From an uncultured Chthonomonadaceae bacterium (lineage in GTDB: Bacteria; Armatimonadota; Chthonomonadetes; Chthonomonadales; Chthonomonadaceae), in assembly GCA_963835065.1 (NCBI GenBank), contig CAWIEK010000043.1, forward strand, positions 1 to 64,000: a stretch of 64,000 nt of DNA. The letters run 5' to 3'. A model generated the notes under the pieces. It did no database searches, had not been told where the DNA came from, and was given only the letters and a program-made list of their open reading frames with translations. A program made the translations under genes and the position numbers. Of this stretch, positions 62,683 to 64,000 are shown piece after piece (positions within the stretch are counted from its first letter, which is position 1; every line of letters begins with the position of its first letter).

Positions 62683-63726
62683 TTACACCGGCATCGGCCT
62701 GTTCGGATCCGCGATGATGCCGTCGAAAATGGCGGCGTTGGTTTGCACCTGAACGTTTTTGCCGACAATGCAGCGTTCCAGATGCGTACCCGCGCCAATT
62801 GTCGCGCCTTCCCACAAAATGGTTTCCTGCAAAGTCGCGCCCGCCCCGATGTGGCAGTTGTCGCCGATTACCGTGTTGTCGCCAATCGTAGCGTCTGCCT
62901 CAATCGTGACGTTGCTGCCGATGGCGACCGGGGAGCCGACCGTGACGCTCGCGTCCATCTGAACGTTGTCGCCCTTCCACACGTTTTTCCCGGCCTGGTG
63001 CAGCGGCAGAAGCGCATTGACCTGCCCTTCCAGCACATCCCGCTGCGTCTGCTTATACACCTTGATGTTGCCCACGTCTTTCCAATACGCTTCCGTCACA
63101 TGCCCGTACATCGGCAGTTCTTTTTCCATCATCAGGGGAAACAATTGCTTGCCGAACAGGAAAAACGTGTGCGCAGGGATCAATTCAAACACGCTCGGCT
63201 CGAACACGTAAACGCCCGTATTGGCCGTGTTGGAAAACACTTCCCCTTTGGGTTTTTCCAAAAAGCGCGTGATGCGGCTGTTGTCATCTAATTGCACAAT
63301 GCCGTACTCGCTCGGATCGTCCACAACGGAAAGCGCGAGCGTGGCCGTCGCATTTTTGTGCTTGTGCGTCTGCACCACAGCCGTCAAGTCCATATCCGTC
63401 AGGTCGTCGCCGCCGATAACAAGAAATGTCTCGTTTTGAAAAAAATCCTGTACGCGCTTCACGCTGCCCGCGTCGCCCCAGAGTTCATCCTCATGCGACC
63501 AGTGGATGTTGACGCCCCACTTCGCGCCGTCGCCAAAATAGGCGGCAATGGTATCGCCCAGATAGTGAACGTTGACCATGATGTCGTGGAAGCCATGCTG
63601 TTTGAGCAGCAGGATAAGGTACTCCATCACGGGACGGTTGATAATCGGCACCAGCGGCTTGGGCACATTGCGGGTCAGCGGATCCAACCGCGACCCGACC
63701 CCCGCCGCCAAAATCATAGCTCTCAT
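62683..63726 (-). CDS. NDP-sugar pyrophosphorylase (mannose-1-phosphate guanylyltransferase-like)
   Basis: LAAGVGSRL.PLT...PKPL, FLEKP, YWKDVG, C-terminal hexapeptide repeats. Confidence 0.93.
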   Translation of the reverse strand: MRAMILAAGVGSRLDPLTRNVPKPLVPIINRPVMEYLILLLKQHGFHDIMVNVHYLGDTIAAYFGDGAKWGVNIHWSHEDELWGDAGSVKRVQDFFQNETFLVIGGDDLTDMDLTAVVQTHKHKNATATLALSVVDDPSEYGIVQLDDNSRITRFLEKPKGEVFSNTANTGVYVFEPSVFELIPAHTFFLFGKQLFPLMMEKELPMYGHVTEAYWKDVGNIKVYKQTQRDVLEGQVNALLPLHQAGKNVWKGDNVQMDASVTVGSPVAIGSNVTIEADATIGDNTVIGDNCHIGAGATLQETILWEGATIGAGTHLERCIVGKNVQVQTNAAIFDGIIADPNRPMPV

Positions 63727-63852
63727 AAGATAAATTCTCCCAAAGCGTTTACGTCAACCTCCATTGTCGGCAGCAAACGCCATGCTTTTCCTGTGTTTTC
63801 CTACGCCACAAAGCAAAAAAAGTGCCATTCTTTACAAGAAATGGCTGTTTGC

Positions 63853-64000
63853 TTATACTATTGCGCTTGAGAAACAATCCTGCTCCTCGTCTTGGTCCAG
63901 CCATTGCATCGGGATTTGCGCGACCTTTTCGCGTCCGGTCGGCTTGTGAACGGGTTTACCCAAGGGCCTTACTTTCAAAGCCCCATTATGAAGAGCAACC
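63853..64000 (-). CDS. Possible 3' end of a gene running off the window
   Basis: Open frame VALHNG...CFSSAIV* to the window edge. Confidence 0.3.
   Translation of the reverse strand, partial: VALHNGALKVRPLGKPVHKPTGREKVAQIPMQWLDQDEEQDCFSSAIV

Overview
A GC-rich bacterial chromosomal window with about 50 genes. PEP-CTERM proteins, an outer-membrane porin, STAND-TPR regulators and flgM suggest a diderm such as Armatimonadota (inference only). Housekeeping genes (dxs, murB, nadC, birA, parAB, an AddA-like helicase, an NDP-sugar nucleotidyltransferase) are mixed with a nitrogen-uptake cluster (ANTAR regulator, porin, amt, PII), signalling proteins and secreted glycoside hydrolases/lipoproteins. 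No rRNA, tRNA, CRISPR array or intact transposase was seen. The most striking unexplained feature is a non-coding element present in two diverged copies 33 kb apart (about 25385-25700 minus, 58720-59021 plus). Each copy has an identical ECF/sigmaE-type promoter, a ~200-nt structured core with a 52-nt perfectly identical block, and no downstream protein. Its two-domain, internal-loop architecture is reminiscent of an IS110 bridge RNA with no recombinase nearby (hypothesis). Other notable signals: sequence-diverse heptamer repeat hairpins that also sit in-frame inside genes; a TA-flanked MITE pair; a c-di-GMP-I riboswitch plus sigma28 promoter on flgM; a leader peptide/attenuator before a RIO kinase; a perfect CRP box beside a CRP gene; and a 62-aa tandem-repeat microprotein. 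At least seven genes, including the normally essential murB, carry single-base frameshifts, most likely assembly errors.
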